A program made the translations under genes and the position numbers. 64,000 bases of DNA from a virus (taxonomy: Duplodnaviria > Heunggongvirae > Uroviricota > Caudoviricetes), in IMG/VR virus record IMGVR_UViG_2832576359_000003, positions 26,348 through 90,347 of that record; one strand, 5' to 3'. Shown piece by piece: positions 9,670 to 18,655 of this stretch. Each line of letters opens with the position of its first letter. Position 1 is the first letter of the stretch. The notes below the pieces were generated by a model, which was given only the letters and a program-made list of their open reading frames with translations, was not told the origin of the DNA and searched no databases.

Positions 9670-9992
9670 TGGGCGTTGAGATTTTCTCGAACCATTGCGG
9701 CAATACCGTCCAAGTATCTGTCGACAATAGCGCTACGCACTGCACGCGGTGCTAGCTGACCGATTTCAGGCGGGAAATGAGCGTGTGCCGCGGCCACGTT
9801 GATCGCCCTGAGAAGCGTGGGAAGGGATGCTCCAGCGTACCGCGCCTGGAGTTGATCGGTACGTACAACGTAGCGAACAAGGATTGGGGCCACGAAACCT
9901 GTGCTTCCGAGATCCATCGGATCTTTTATTGCACCAAGCTCTTCGAACGACATGTGTTTCACTTCTTCGAACGAATATTGCTTGAGTTCCAC
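9666..9992 (-). CDS. Hypothetical protein (downstream of trfA)
   Basis: 108-aa ORF overlapping its neighbour by 4 nt. Confidence 0.35.
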   Translation of the reverse strand: MELKQYSFEEVKHMSFEELGAIKDPMDLGSTGFVAPILVRYVVRTDQLQARYAGASLPTLLRAINVAAAHAHFPPEIGQLAPRAVRSAIVDRYLDGIAAMVRENLNAH

Positions 9993-10049
9993 GCGATCTC
10001 TCCGTTACTTGTGTTGGTGTATGCGCGCGGCCGCGATGGAGTTACCGGG

Positions 10050-10913
10050 TTAAGCGCTGATCGCGCGCGCTGCTTTTCCGACGTGAACCTTGTCGTCGTC
10101 ATCGATCTTCCACGAAGCAAGAAACCCGACCGATTGAAGTTCGGTCAAAGCCTTTTTGAGCGTCACGCGAAAATGCGACAGCGCCTTCGCCTGCGACCCG
10201 CATTGCTGGTGGATGAATTTCACCGACACCGCGAACGGAGCTGCGTGGGTGTTGTAGTAGCTATGTAGCCACTTCGACAGTTCTGACCTGAGCCGCAGCC
10301 GCTGCTCGCGCGCGACTCGGCTGTAATCATCGGATGCAAACAGTCGCGCGATCTCGGGTTCGATGTAGCAAATCCACCGAGTCTGCCCATCCGAGTCCGT
10401 CTCGGTGCCGTCCTTCCAGATGAACTTTCGAATCAACGAACCCTGAAAGCCTTTTCGGTTTCCCTCGAACGCCACCTTGAGCGAGCTTTCCTGCAGCCGC
10501 TCAAGGATCTTCACGAGGCGCTCGTACCCTTTGCTCGACGTGTCCCATCCGAGCGTCTTCAGCATCGCGTATCCGGTGAATTCGACGCGCTCCGACAAAA
10601 TCGTGTCTCGGGCCAGATGCAGGATCTCAAGAAAGACGTCGGCGTCGTCCTGCCGCAGCTCCTCGCCTTTGTGCGTGATCGTCGTCGTTCCCGAGCTAGC
10701 GATTTGCTTTCCCGGGAAGTATCGATCGCGCGGCGCCGCGGCGCGGTTCACGTTGAAGAGCGCCGATCGCGCGAGCGAATTCGGCATGCCCCGGACGTTG
10801 GACGGCCAGAGCGGGATCTGCGTAGGCTCGTCGGGCTTGGCGACAGCAGCCTTAGCGCTTCTGGCGAGAGCCGCTGCACCGAGTTGCCTAGTTTTTTCGA
10901 CGAGATCATTCAT
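10050..10913 (-). CDS. trfA: TrfA-type plasmid replication initiator
   Basis: LPLWP, RGMPNSLARSALF and winged-helix blocks resemble IncP TrfA. Start placed at MNDLVEK. An iteron-containing oriV lies immediately upstream. Confidence 0.6.
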   Translation of the reverse strand: MNDLVEKTRQLGAAALARSAKAAVAKPDEPTQIPLWPSNVRGMPNSLARSALFNVNRAAAPRDRYFPGKQIASSGTTTITHKGEELRQDDADVFLEILHLARDTILSERVEFTGYAMLKTLGWDTSSKGYERLVKILERLQESSLKVAFEGNRKGFQGSLIRKFIWKDGTETDSDGQTRWICYIEPEIARLFASDDYSRVAREQRLRLRSELSKWLHSYYNTHAAPFAVSVKFIHQQCGSQAKALSHFRVTLKKALTELQSVGFLASWKIDDDDKVHVGKAARAISA

Positions 10914-10949
10914 GGCGGCCACACTAGCGGTAGTCTGCACGATTCGCAA

Positions 10950-11400
10950 CCCACTACCTTCGGGTTTCTAGCGATGGTCGTTGCTTTTCGGCCAGAGGCT
11001 CGGGTTTCTGGCGATGATCTGAAAAACGGCGTTTGTGCACAACTCTCGGGTGTCTAACGACGGTCATCCAGTGGATATCTGTCGGGTTTCTGGCGACGTG
11101 TTCGGGTGCCTAGCGACGACACCTTCGGGTGTCTAGCGATAGAGGCTCGGGTTTCTAGCGATCGCATGGACATGAAATTTCCTTTTTATTCAATGAATTA
11201 CATGGTGTTTTGGAGAGACCTAATCAGTCTTTAATCTTCTTTAATCCACACCAGACCATCGCTAGAAACCCGATAGTTCGCGATTTCCGGCCCCCGATTT
11301 CGTACCGTCGCTAGAAACCCGATAGTGGAAAATCGTCGCTAGAAACCCGTGGCTACACGTTATGCCCCATCGCTAGAAACCCGTGCCCCGGTGAGCACTC
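10950..11400. repeat. oriV-like origin: 7 direct plus 4 inverted iterons flanking an AT-rich segment
   Basis: Core CGGGTTTCTAGCGA (variants CGGGTGTCTAACGA, CGGGTTTCTGGCGA) at about 10962, 10999, 11045, 11079, 11101, 11123, 11144, the last four on a 22-bp period. AT-rich island 11165-11250. Inverse-oriented TCGCTAGAAACCCG at about 11251, 11307, 11335, 11369. Confidence 0.8.
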
Positions 11401-11559
11401 ACTGTCGGTGAACTCGCGCCCGCCTATGGACAGGGGCGCTGCCCACCGCCTGTCGGCCGTGGACAGCCGCTTCGCGGTCCCTCCCCTGCCCACAGGCTCC
11501 CCGCGGCCCGTGCCCTTCGGGCCTGACGCGCCCTGACGGGCTTGCCTTGCGTTGGGATA

Positions 11560-11600
11560 AACCATAAAAAAACCGGGCTGCATTGCTGCTCGCCCGGTGG
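11560..11600 (-). terminator. Rho-independent terminator of the parAG operon
   Basis: Minus-strand hairpin (CCGGGCgagcagcaatgcaGCCCGG) followed by a T-run, seen on plus as aaaaaaaCCGGGCtgc...GCCCGG. Confidence 0.55.
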
Positions 11601-11664
11601 TCCAGAGTGCTGTGTTACAAGGCTCGGGTTCTGTTTGCCGCCCTGCCCTCCCCGTGTACTTGCT

Positions 11665-12084
11665 TTACTCGAGTCCGTATTTCTTTTTCAACGCGGCCAG
11701 CTTGTCTCGAGTGCCGGCGATGATCACCTCGGACATGGGAATGTCCGTGGCCTTCCAGAAATCCCGCAGTTCCTCGTGCAGGTCGACGGGGAGACGAGTT
11801 TGAAACGGCGTGGTGGCCACCGATCGGCGGCGAGGGATGGGCAACGGATCGTCCTGCGGCTCGTTTTGCGGCTCCACAGGGGGCTTGGGCGCCCTTTCCC
11901 GCGGCTTGGGTGCAGCGACGGCCTCCGAAGCCATAGTGGCGGCCACCTGGTCTTGTGTGTGCGCGGCTGCCTCGGCAGCGTCGATTGCTGTCAGGGAGGA
12001 CGGTGTTTCTGCCTCGTCGCTGTTGCCGCCCTTGATAAATTCCATCGGGCTGCGAAAGCCCTTCCCTCGTGCGGCTGCATTCAT
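11665..12084 (-). CDS. ParG-like ribbon-helix-helix centromere-binding protein (type Ib partition)
   Basis: Small protein downstream of parA. C-terminal TRLPVDLHEELRDFWKATDIPMSEVIIAGTRDKL looks like an RHH fold; N-terminus is disordered. Confidence 0.5.
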   Translation of the reverse strand: MNAAARGKGFRSPMEFIKGGNSDEAETPSSLTAIDAAEAAAHTQDQVAATMASEAVAAPKPRERAPKPPVEPQNEPQDDPLPIPRRRSVATTPFQTRLPVDLHEELRDFWKATDIPMSEVIIAGTRDKLAALKKKYGLE

Positions 12085-12728
12085 TGTGCGATCTCCAGAG
12101 CAAGGGCGCGCATCTCGGCTACGGCCTTGGGGTCAGTGCTGCCGTTGTATTCGGTCACGGCGCGGCCGTCGCGCGCCGTCAGGCGGAATATCTTGCGCTC
12201 GCTGATGAACCCGTCCAGCAGCCGGTATTGGGTCAGGTCTTGAAGGGCTTCGCGCATTTCCGCCACGTCGGTCGATCGGGCGTTTGTCGGAGCGCGGTTG
12301 ATCACCACGAGTGCGCGCAAAGTCTTGTTCCAGATCCGCGCGTTTTTGACGTGGTTGTCCATCTTCGCGAACGTGAAGATGTCGAACTGGCTGGTTTGAG
12401 CAGGTGTGACCACCACATCGGCGGCCACCATCGAGGCGCGCATTTCCTCCGCGTCGTGCCCAGGCGTATCAACCACGATATCGTCGTACTTTGCTTTGAG
12501 GGTCGTCAGCTCTTCTGCAATCGTGGCGCCATAGATGCTGACACACGTGATTTCAGGGGTGATTTTCTCCGTGCGACGTATCTTGTGCCATAGCGATGCC
12601 GATCCCTGCCTATCTGCATCGACGAGTAGCACGTCACGTCCCTCGCCCGCCAGCATTGCGGCATACCCGACGGCCAGCGTGGTTTTACCACTGCCCCCTT
12701 TCTCTCCGCCAAACAAGACAACAGCCAT
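12081..12728 (-). CDS. parA: ParA partition ATPase (small type Ib)
   Basis: Deviant Walker A (GGEKGGSGKTT) and DADRQGS motif. About 215 aa. Start placed at MAVVLFGG. Confidence 0.8.
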   Translation of the reverse strand: MAVVLFGGEKGGSGKTTLAVGYAAMLAGEGRDVLLVDADRQGSASLWHKIRRTEKITPEITCVSIYGATIAEELTTLKAKYDDIVVDTPGHDAEEMRASMVAADVVVTPAQTSQFDIFTFAKMDNHVKNARIWNKTLRALVVINRAPTNARSTDVAEMREALQDLTQYRLLDGFISERKIFRLTARDGRAVTEYNGSTDPKAVAEMRALALEIAQ

Positions 12729-12779
12729 GACAAATACCCCGCGCGCTTGATGTGAATACGCGCAGGGTAGTTGCAATGT

Positions 12780-12900
12780 GCGTGAAATGCAACGTTCGGT
12801 GAATCAAATACTTATGTGTGTGTTTGCGTGCGTATAGGTGTATATCAGGCGTGCTATACGGATATACAGCTATACGGCTATCAACTAGGATTGGCGGAGG
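12780..12900. promoter_or_regulatory. Putative par promoter/centromere region
   Basis: AT-richer segment upstream of parA with short repeats (TATACGG x3, GTGTGTGT). Function inferred only. Confidence 0.3.
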
Positions 12901-13340
12901 GGTTTCGTGGTTGGTGGGGGTTCGTCAATCAAGCTTTTTTGCAGGAGGGCGTGCTGGGATTCTCGCATGGCTTCTGTGAACCGTGTCTCCACGAACTCAA
13001 GTGTCATTCCTTGCGGGCGTGCATGCTGCCTGTCATATACGCAATGGCACCAGTAGCACGCGTAGCAGCCATATACGTCATCCGCCTTCATACCTCCTGC
13101 CTTGCCGTGCTCGCTGCGGTTCGAATGCGCCCACACGACGTTTCCGATCTCCGTCTTGCACACGCCTGGCAGGCGCAACCGACAATACTCTCCGTTCGCC
13201 GATTTCCTGATTTTACTCGTCGGTGCTCGGCGGCTTTTCAGACCCGACCGCGGTGCGAGTTTGCGATCCGGTGCAATATCGCAAACTGGATAGGAGAGCG
13301 CCTCGGGCTTCGTGCGAGCGATCGGCGCCGCGCGTTGCAT
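12885..13340 (-). CDS. NinG/DUF1364-like putative HNH-type recombination nuclease
   Basis: Cys/His cluster: CRLRLPGVC...VVWAHSN...GCYACYWCHC. Start set at MQRAAP to avoid a long overlap with the upstream gene. Confidence 0.45.
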   Translation of the reverse strand: MQRAAPIARTKPEALSYPVCDIAPDRKLAPRSGLKSRRAPTSKIRKSANGEYCRLRLPGVCKTEIGNVVWAHSNRSEHGKAGGMKADDVYGCYACYWCHCVYDRQHARPQGMTLEFVETRFTEAMRESQHALLQKSLIDEPPPTTKPLRQS

Positions 13341-13435
13341 CTGCTTCGCGCCGGGCTTGGACTGGAAAGCGGAACGCTTGAGGGGGGTGTTTCGCGATAG
13401 CCCCTTTCCAGCAGACTTAAAACTGCTGTTCCAAC

Positions 13436-14047
13436 TCACGCTTTGATGATCCCGGCGTACGCCAATTCGCGCTGAATCTGGACCTCTAGCATTTCGGCCG
13501 ATATTTGCGCCGGCGTCATTGTCAACGTGCGATCGCGCATCCAGGCGATCGATGCCCGTGCCGCGTCGACCTCGCGCTGCGTGATGGGCATATCTAGTTC
13601 GAAATGCTTGGCGAGCTTGCGAAGGCCCGCGGTCTGGTCGTCCCATCCATGAGTGCGCGCGAGCTTATCGTAGGTAACGCACACGCTCTCGAGCGCAGGC
13701 GCGAGCGGATAGAGGTTTCCATCAGGCGCGCGGAAACCTGCGACGCCGTTTCGCAGTGTTTCGATTTCTCCGGTCGCGACCAGTGTGTCGAGCAACGATT
13801 CGACGGGGCCGAACACGGCATCGATGCGCGGTCGCTGTTCCTCGTGCGCGAAGGGAAGGTTGTTCGCGATCTCCGCCTTCTTGAGCGCATGGGCCTCTGC
13901 CTTGTACACCAGGCTCGTGATGTGTGACCGCATGCGCTTCGTCGCTGCCGCTGCCTCACCCGCGTCTCGGCGCGCGCGCACCGATGCCTTATCGGTGCCG
14001 CGACGCTGTGCGCGGCTCAGCTTTGGTTGTGCTTGTGCCGTTTCCAT
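13436..14047 (-). CDS. Hypothetical protein in the recombination module
   Basis: 203-aa ORF between the ssb gene and the NinG-like gene. Confidence 0.4.
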   Translation of the reverse strand: METAQAQPKLSRAQRRGTDKASVRARRDAGEAAAATKRMRSHITSLVYKAEAHALKKAEIANNLPFAHEEQRPRIDAVFGPVESLLDTLVATGEIETLRNGVAGFRAPDGNLYPLAPALESVCVTYDKLARTHGWDDQTAGLRKLAKHFELDMPITQREVDAARASIAWMRDRTLTMTPAQISAEMLEVQIQRELAYAGIIKA

Positions 14048-14049
14048 GA

Positions 14050-14598
14050 TCAGTACCGCGCTGCGCCGTCGCGCCGAAGGGGAATGCCGTCGACAGCAGC
14101 GGGCCGCATGAACGGGATGTCGTCGTCAGGAATGTCGCCATATCCGCTCGACTTGGGCTTGCCGCCGCGGGGCGGCGCCGGGTTGTTCGAGCGCTCCTCG
14201 CGATCGTCGTTTGCCCCACCGGAGCTTCGAGCGCCCCCGAGCATCTGAAAGCTATCGACGCGAAGCTCGGTCGAATAGATGTCCTTGCCGGACTGGTCTT
14301 GCCACTTGCGCGTGCGCCACTTGCCTTCGACATACACCTGTTGTCCCTTCTTCAGGTGCTCGCCGGCGATCTCGCCATAGCGTCCGAACACCTGGCAGCG
14401 GATCCATTCGGTGATTTCCTTCTGGTCGCCAGACTGCTTGTCCTTGTAGCGATCCGTGACGCCGATTCGAAACGTGGCGATCGCTTCGCCACTCTGCATG
14501 TATCGAACCTCGGGATCAGCGCCGAGGTTTCCAATGAATGTGCAGCGATTGAGGCTCAAAACGTTTGCTCCGTGAGAAGCGGGGGAGTGCCCCCGCAT
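14050..14598 (-). CDS. ssb: Single-stranded DNA-binding protein
   Basis: OB-fold block FIGNLGADPEVRYMQSGEAIATFRIGV, Gly/Pro-rich linker and acidic C-terminal tip DDDIPF. True start may be the TTG about 14 codons in. Confidence 0.85.
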   Translation of the reverse strand: MRGHSPASHGANVLSLNRCTFIGNLGADPEVRYMQSGEAIATFRIGVTDRYKDKQSGDQKEITEWIRCQVFGRYGEIAGEHLKKGQQVYVEGKWRTRKWQDQSGKDIYSTELRVDSFQMLGGARSSGGANDDREERSNNPAPPRGGKPKSSGYGDIPDDDIPFMRPAAVDGIPLRRDGAARY

Positions 14599-14606
14599 GT
14601 GTTCAG

Positions 14607-16460
14607 CTACGCCGCGTTGCGATACGAGTTCGAATTCGCGATCTGGTCGCTAATGGCCGGGAACAGTTCGGCGATCTGGTCGACGTCGGCGAGTTCGCCC
14701 TCATGCACCCACTCGCACGCGATCTGCTCGGGCATTCCAAGCGCGGGTTGCTTGAGGGTGGCGAAGAGGAGGGCCGTGTTGATGGCGCCATCGTTCGCTC
14801 GCTTCGCGAGCCAGAGGAGGAGGGCGACGCGCGACTTCGCGTCGAGCACATCGACGCGGTCCAGGATCAAAATCCCGAGGCCCGAAATCGATGCGATCGC
14901 TTCGGCGAGCATCGCGTCGATGCGCCACTTCTCCGACTCACAAAGCAGGCTATAAGCACGACTGTCGCCGGTGATGGTCATGTCCGTATGGATCGTCGCC
15001 TGCGGCCAGTTCGTGTCCATCGCGGATTTGCGAAGGGCGCTATTGATTGGCCTAAGCGCTTTCGCGAGCAGCTGCGCGGGCACGCCTTCGGGTCCGAGCT
15101 GCTCGGCGAGCTTCCCCCACTCGAGCACAGCGGTGTGATGCTTGGCGGCGCGCGTGGACTTGTCGTCTGCCTCGTCTGCCTTCGTCTTTTGCTGTTGAAG
15201 GGTGATGTAGTTCTCGTCTGCCTCGCGATACTCGGCGAGATGAAGCTCGAGCGATTCCTGCGCAACGTTGATGTCGGCTTGCGTGACCTGTTCGCTGCTC
15301 GACGGTTGCGCTGCTTTCTCGCGGGCGATCTCGGCGGAGCGCAACGAACGCTCGGTGTTCGTTTGAGCGTTGGTCGCCATCTCGAGTGCCTTGGTGAACT
15401 CCGCGAGCTTCGCGCGCGCCTCGTCGTCGCCTGTGCTGCTCGGCAAGCCGTACTTGTCGACGTACCGATCGAAGGACGGCTGTAGCTGCGCGCAGATTTC
15501 GACGAGACTTTCCGTCTTCGTTCCTTCGAGGGCATCCAGGGCATATTCGATGCCGCGCGCCAGGTCGTGTTCGAGCCCGACTCGCGGCCCGCTTCCGGCC
15601 TTTGCCTTGAGCGCGTCGACCTGCTGTTGAACCTCGGCGAGCGTCTGGCGATCGGCCATCAGTTGCGAGAAAAGCCGCGGCACTTTTTCGCCCAACTCGC
15701 GGGCCGCGGCGCGTTCTCGGGTTTCGGACTCGTACGCTTCGGCCTTAGCCTTAAGGCTGCCGATGATTTCCTGCGTCGTGTGCACTTGCTTCTCGCATGC
15801 ATCACGCTTCGCCTCGGCCTGCGCGATCGCTTCGGCATCGACTTCGGGCTTCTCGGCCTGCCAACCTTCAGCCTTCTTCGAGCCGTACGTTTCGCCCGTG
15901 ACTTCGCGCCATGCGCCGCGCGCTTCGGTCACCTTGACCGTCGCGAACTTCGCGGCCGCGGGAAAGCCCGTGATCGACTTGAGCAGGGGCAGCGTTTCCT
16001 CGACGAAGACGGCGTCGCACTTGGCCTCGAGCAGCATCGTGCGCAGCCGGTCCTCGGTGACGCCGCAATCGGTGAGGGAAAACAGGAAAGTGCGCCGCTC
16101 GTCGTCGGTCAAGCGCGCGAAGCCCTGCGCGTTGAGAACGTAGGGGAGCGCCTCGGGAAGCCCGAGCGACAGGTCTCCGGTCATGGCGTTCGTGCCGGCC
16201 GGGAGCGAAAACGACGCTTCTCCGATGTCCGTAGCGACGCTCACAGTCCCTGCCTTAGCTCCCTCTGTGACCAGAGTCGGATAGAACTTCTTCAGGTTCA
16301 CGCGCAACGTCTCGCCCGTGAAGGCCATGCGCACGGCTTCCTGGATTGATGACTTCGCGGCGCCGTTGAATCCCGCGAATAAGGTGATAGGGCGCGCCGG
16401 AGCGATATCGATGCGGCGCGCGCCGAGGATGTTGCGAATGCTGATGCTGGTGATTTTCAC
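14607..16460 (-). CDS. SbcC/Rad50/RecF-like AAA ATPase
   Basis: N-terminal Walker A (FAGFNGAAKSS), long coiled-coil middle, C-terminal ILILDRVDVLD Walker B/D-loop-like block. Between ssb and recT. Confidence 0.65.
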   Translation of the reverse strand: MKITSISIRNILGARRIDIAPARPITLFAGFNGAAKSSIQEAVRMAFTGETLRVNLKKFYPTLVTEGAKAGTVSVATDIGEASFSLPAGTNAMTGDLSLGLPEALPYVLNAQGFARLTDDERRTFLFSLTDCGVTEDRLRTMLLEAKCDAVFVEETLPLLKSITGFPAAAKFATVKVTEARGAWREVTGETYGSKKAEGWQAEKPEVDAEAIAQAEAKRDACEKQVHTTQEIIGSLKAKAEAYESETRERAAARELGEKVPRLFSQLMADRQTLAEVQQQVDALKAKAGSGPRVGLEHDLARGIEYALDALEGTKTESLVEICAQLQPSFDRYVDKYGLPSSTGDDEARAKLAEFTKALEMATNAQTNTERSLRSAEIAREKAAQPSSSEQVTQADINVAQESLELHLAEYREADENYITLQQQKTKADEADDKSTRAAKHHTAVLEWGKLAEQLGPEGVPAQLLAKALRPINSALRKSAMDTNWPQATIHTDMTITGDSRAYSLLCESEKWRIDAMLAEAIASISGLGILILDRVDVLDAKSRVALLLWLAKRANDGAINTALLFATLKQPALGMPEQIACEWVHEGELADVDQIAELFPAISDQIANSNSYRNAA

Positions 16461-16508
16461 GTTGGCTCCTGTTGGGGGAGGGGAGCGGCGCTCGCGCGCC
16501 GCTCCGCG

Positions 16509-17621
16509 TCAGTCCATCTGAATGAGGGTCGCTTGCTTCGAGCTCTGCGCGCCTTCTTGGAGGGCGGCGCGGCGCTCGCGAAAAAGTGCGTTGAGCGCTT
16601 TGTGCCGATGCTTCGGCGTCGACGAGATCAGATCGGCGGCAATGTCCAGCGTGTCTTCGCTCGTTGCGTTGCGCAGCTGCTGCTCGATCTTGTCGGCCTC
16701 GCGCTCTGCGGGGTCTTGCTCGGGCTCCGCTTGGGCTGAGTTCGCGTGCGATGGCGCGGCTGCCGTAGCGATAGTGGTGGTCTGAGCTGGTTCCTGAGCG
16801 CTTTCGACACGCTGCGTATCGTTTTCAGCACCGTGCTGTCCATCGTCGACGTCGGGGGTGTTCAGGTCGCTGATCGGTGCAATGAGGCCGTCGCCGTCGA
16901 TCGTGAAGTTTTTTCCGTCTTCGCTGGCTGCGTCCAGCGCGATCGCGTTCGAGAGTTCGACCGACTTCGGTACGTACTTGATGACTTGTAGGAGTGGCAC
17001 TTTGCGCGCGTACATCTCCCAGTTGTTAAAGCTGTAGTGCTTCTGCCCGACCTTGTTGACCTTGTCGCGGTGGCGCGCGATTTTGCTAATGGGCCAGAGT
17101 TCGACGACGGGGATATCGGCGCCCTTAATCCATCCGATCGCATAGGCGTGCGTGATGTCGAGCGGATCGTCGAGTGATGTCTCGTTGTGGATCACGAGGT
17201 CGCGCCGCGCGCCATCGGTGAACGTGTACTTCTGGTCGCTGTAAATGACGCCTGTGTAGACCACCGCGCGCCCGGCGCGTGCTACGAGGTCGACGAGACC
17301 CTGCCAACCTGGCACGAACGTGCACTTGCCCTTGTAGGGCACGAGGTAGCCTTGGCCCGTGATGCCGATCTCAAGCCCGAGTTGCGCGGCCACGATCACG
17401 CTCGCGAAAATCGTCCGGATGTCGCATTTGGCGAGCTCGGCGTTTTGGCTGAATTGCGTCAGCGCCAATCGCATCATGCGGTCGGGTTTGAGATGCGTCG
17501 GCAGCGCCATTTCGAGCTGCGCCTTGTGTTTCTGGAAGAAGTCACTCAGGGTCTGCTGCGGCGACGACTTCTTTTCAGTCGGCGCGTTGTTTTCGCGAAG
17601 TGCGGTTAGGGACGTCGTTGC
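16509..17621 (-). CDS. recT: RecT-family single-strand annealing recombinase
   Basis: Conserved RecT core (YLVPYKGKCTFVPGWQGLVDLVARAG). Start placed at MATTSL. Confidence 0.75.
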   Translation of the reverse strand, partial: ATTSLTALRENNAPTEKKSSPQQTLSDFFQKHKAQLEMALPTHLKPDRMMRLALTQFSQNAELAKCDIRTIFASVIVAAQLGLEIGITGQGYLVPYKGKCTFVPGWQGLVDLVARAGRAVVYTGVIYSDQKYTFTDGARRDLVIHNETSLDDPLDITHAYAIGWIKGADIPVVELWPISKIARHRDKVNKVGQKHYSFNNWEMYARKVPLLQVIKYVPKSVELSNAIALDAASEDGKNFTIDGDGLIAPISDLNTPDVDDGQHGAENDTQRVESAQEPAQTTTIATAAAPSHANSAQAEPEQDPAEREADKIEQQLRNATSEDTLDIAADLISSTPKHRHKALNALFRERRAALQEGAQSSKQATLIQMD

Positions 17622-17656
17622 CATAGTCTCGGGATTCCAGTGAAAGGGTAGGTCGG

Positions 17657-18532
17657 TTACGCGTCGCGGTAGATGCACGAATCCCACCGGCCGCAAAAGC
17701 GGGGGTCACACAGAGGACTGCTTGGGTTGGGCGGGAACATGCCCGACTTGAGGAACTGGACGGCATGGGCAATCAGGCCGTCTTCGTATGAGGTGCCGAG
17801 CATTGGGCGCTTGGCGTCGAACGTCTTGCTCACGCCCGTGCGCGCGCTCGCTGTCGTCTGAAGGGCGATGATCTGTGACCCCTCAGTCGGGGTGCGCGTG
17901 TTCTGCTCGAACATGATCGCGTACGCGCCGAGCTGAGGACTGCGTCCCTTGATCAGCACGTTGCCGTCGGCATCGATGAGCCGCGATCCAGTCTTGATGT
18001 CGGGGATGATCACGCCGCCGGCGCCACCTCGCGCCACGCGCGCTCGGTCCATCGTGCCTTTTAGGCGCAGCGTGATTCCGTCGCCGCAGTCGATGTCGAC
18101 CGGCTCCATCTTCATCTCGACCGCGACGAATTCGAATTGCGGGCTGATCTCCGCGCAATATTTCGCGTGCAGGGTCAGGCCGATCTGCTCGGCCTCGCGC
18201 ATGGTGATGCTGCGGTCCTGCTTGTAGTCGACGTCGCCGCCCGGGTTGTGAAGCGTGGCGACGAATACGTCGGCCGCGTCGCTCGCGGTGATCCCCGTCC
18301 CGTCAATACGGCTCTGGTCGAATACGGCGGTGCTGGCGTGGACTGCAGTGCCGAGGCTTGCTCGGATGCCCGAAGGGCGTTTGAGATTGAGAAGGTGCTC
18401 GCCTTCCCATGCATACGCGCAATCAAAGAGTCGTCCCCAGGACGAAGCGCGTACTTCGATGATGCGTGTCGTGGTAAGTGTCACTTGAGCGGGTCCGTGT
18501 CCGTCCAGTATTCTGCGCTGGTGGCAGAACAC
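17657..18532 (-). CDS. PD-(D/E)xK exonuclease with Cas4-like C-terminal Cys cluster (RecE/YqaJ functional analogue)
   Basis: IIPDIKTGS motif and C-terminal CDPRFCGRWDSC (Fe-S type cluster). Immediately upstream of recT. Confidence 0.6.
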   Translation of the reverse strand: MFCHQRRILDGHGPAQVTLTTTRIIEVRASSWGRLFDCAYAWEGEHLLNLKRPSGIRASLGTAVHASTAVFDQSRIDGTGITASDAADVFVATLHNPGGDVDYKQDRSITMREAEQIGLTLHAKYCAEISPQFEFVAVEMKMEPVDIDCGDGITLRLKGTMDRARVARGGAGGVIIPDIKTGSRLIDADGNVLIKGRSPQLGAYAIMFEQNTRTPTEGSQIIALQTTASARTGVSKTFDAKRPMLGTSYEDGLIAHAVQFLKSGMFPPNPSSPLCDPRFCGRWDSCIYRDA

Positions 18533-18589
18533 TATGCGAATACGGAAACTCCATCAAGCGCAGTTTTCGATAAAGGAAGAAATTTAGGC

Positions 18590-18628
18590 GAAAAAAAACC
18601 CGGCGCGACGCGTCCGGGCTTTGCTGGA
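18590..18628 (-). terminator. Rho-independent terminator downstream of cI
   Basis: Minus-strand stem CCCGGACGCGTCGCGCCGGG then TTTTTTTT, seen on plus as aaaaaaaaCCCGGCGCGACGCGTCCGGG. Confidence 0.55.
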
Positions 18629-18655
18629 GGGAGGAAGGGGCCTGCTCGTGCCCGC

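Noticed and set aside
10950-11400. Tandem repeats considered as a possible CRISPR array.
   Set aside because: Repeats are 14-22 bp with no unique spacers of constant length. They occur in both orientations around an AT-rich core next to trfA, which is iteron/oriV architecture, not CRISPR.
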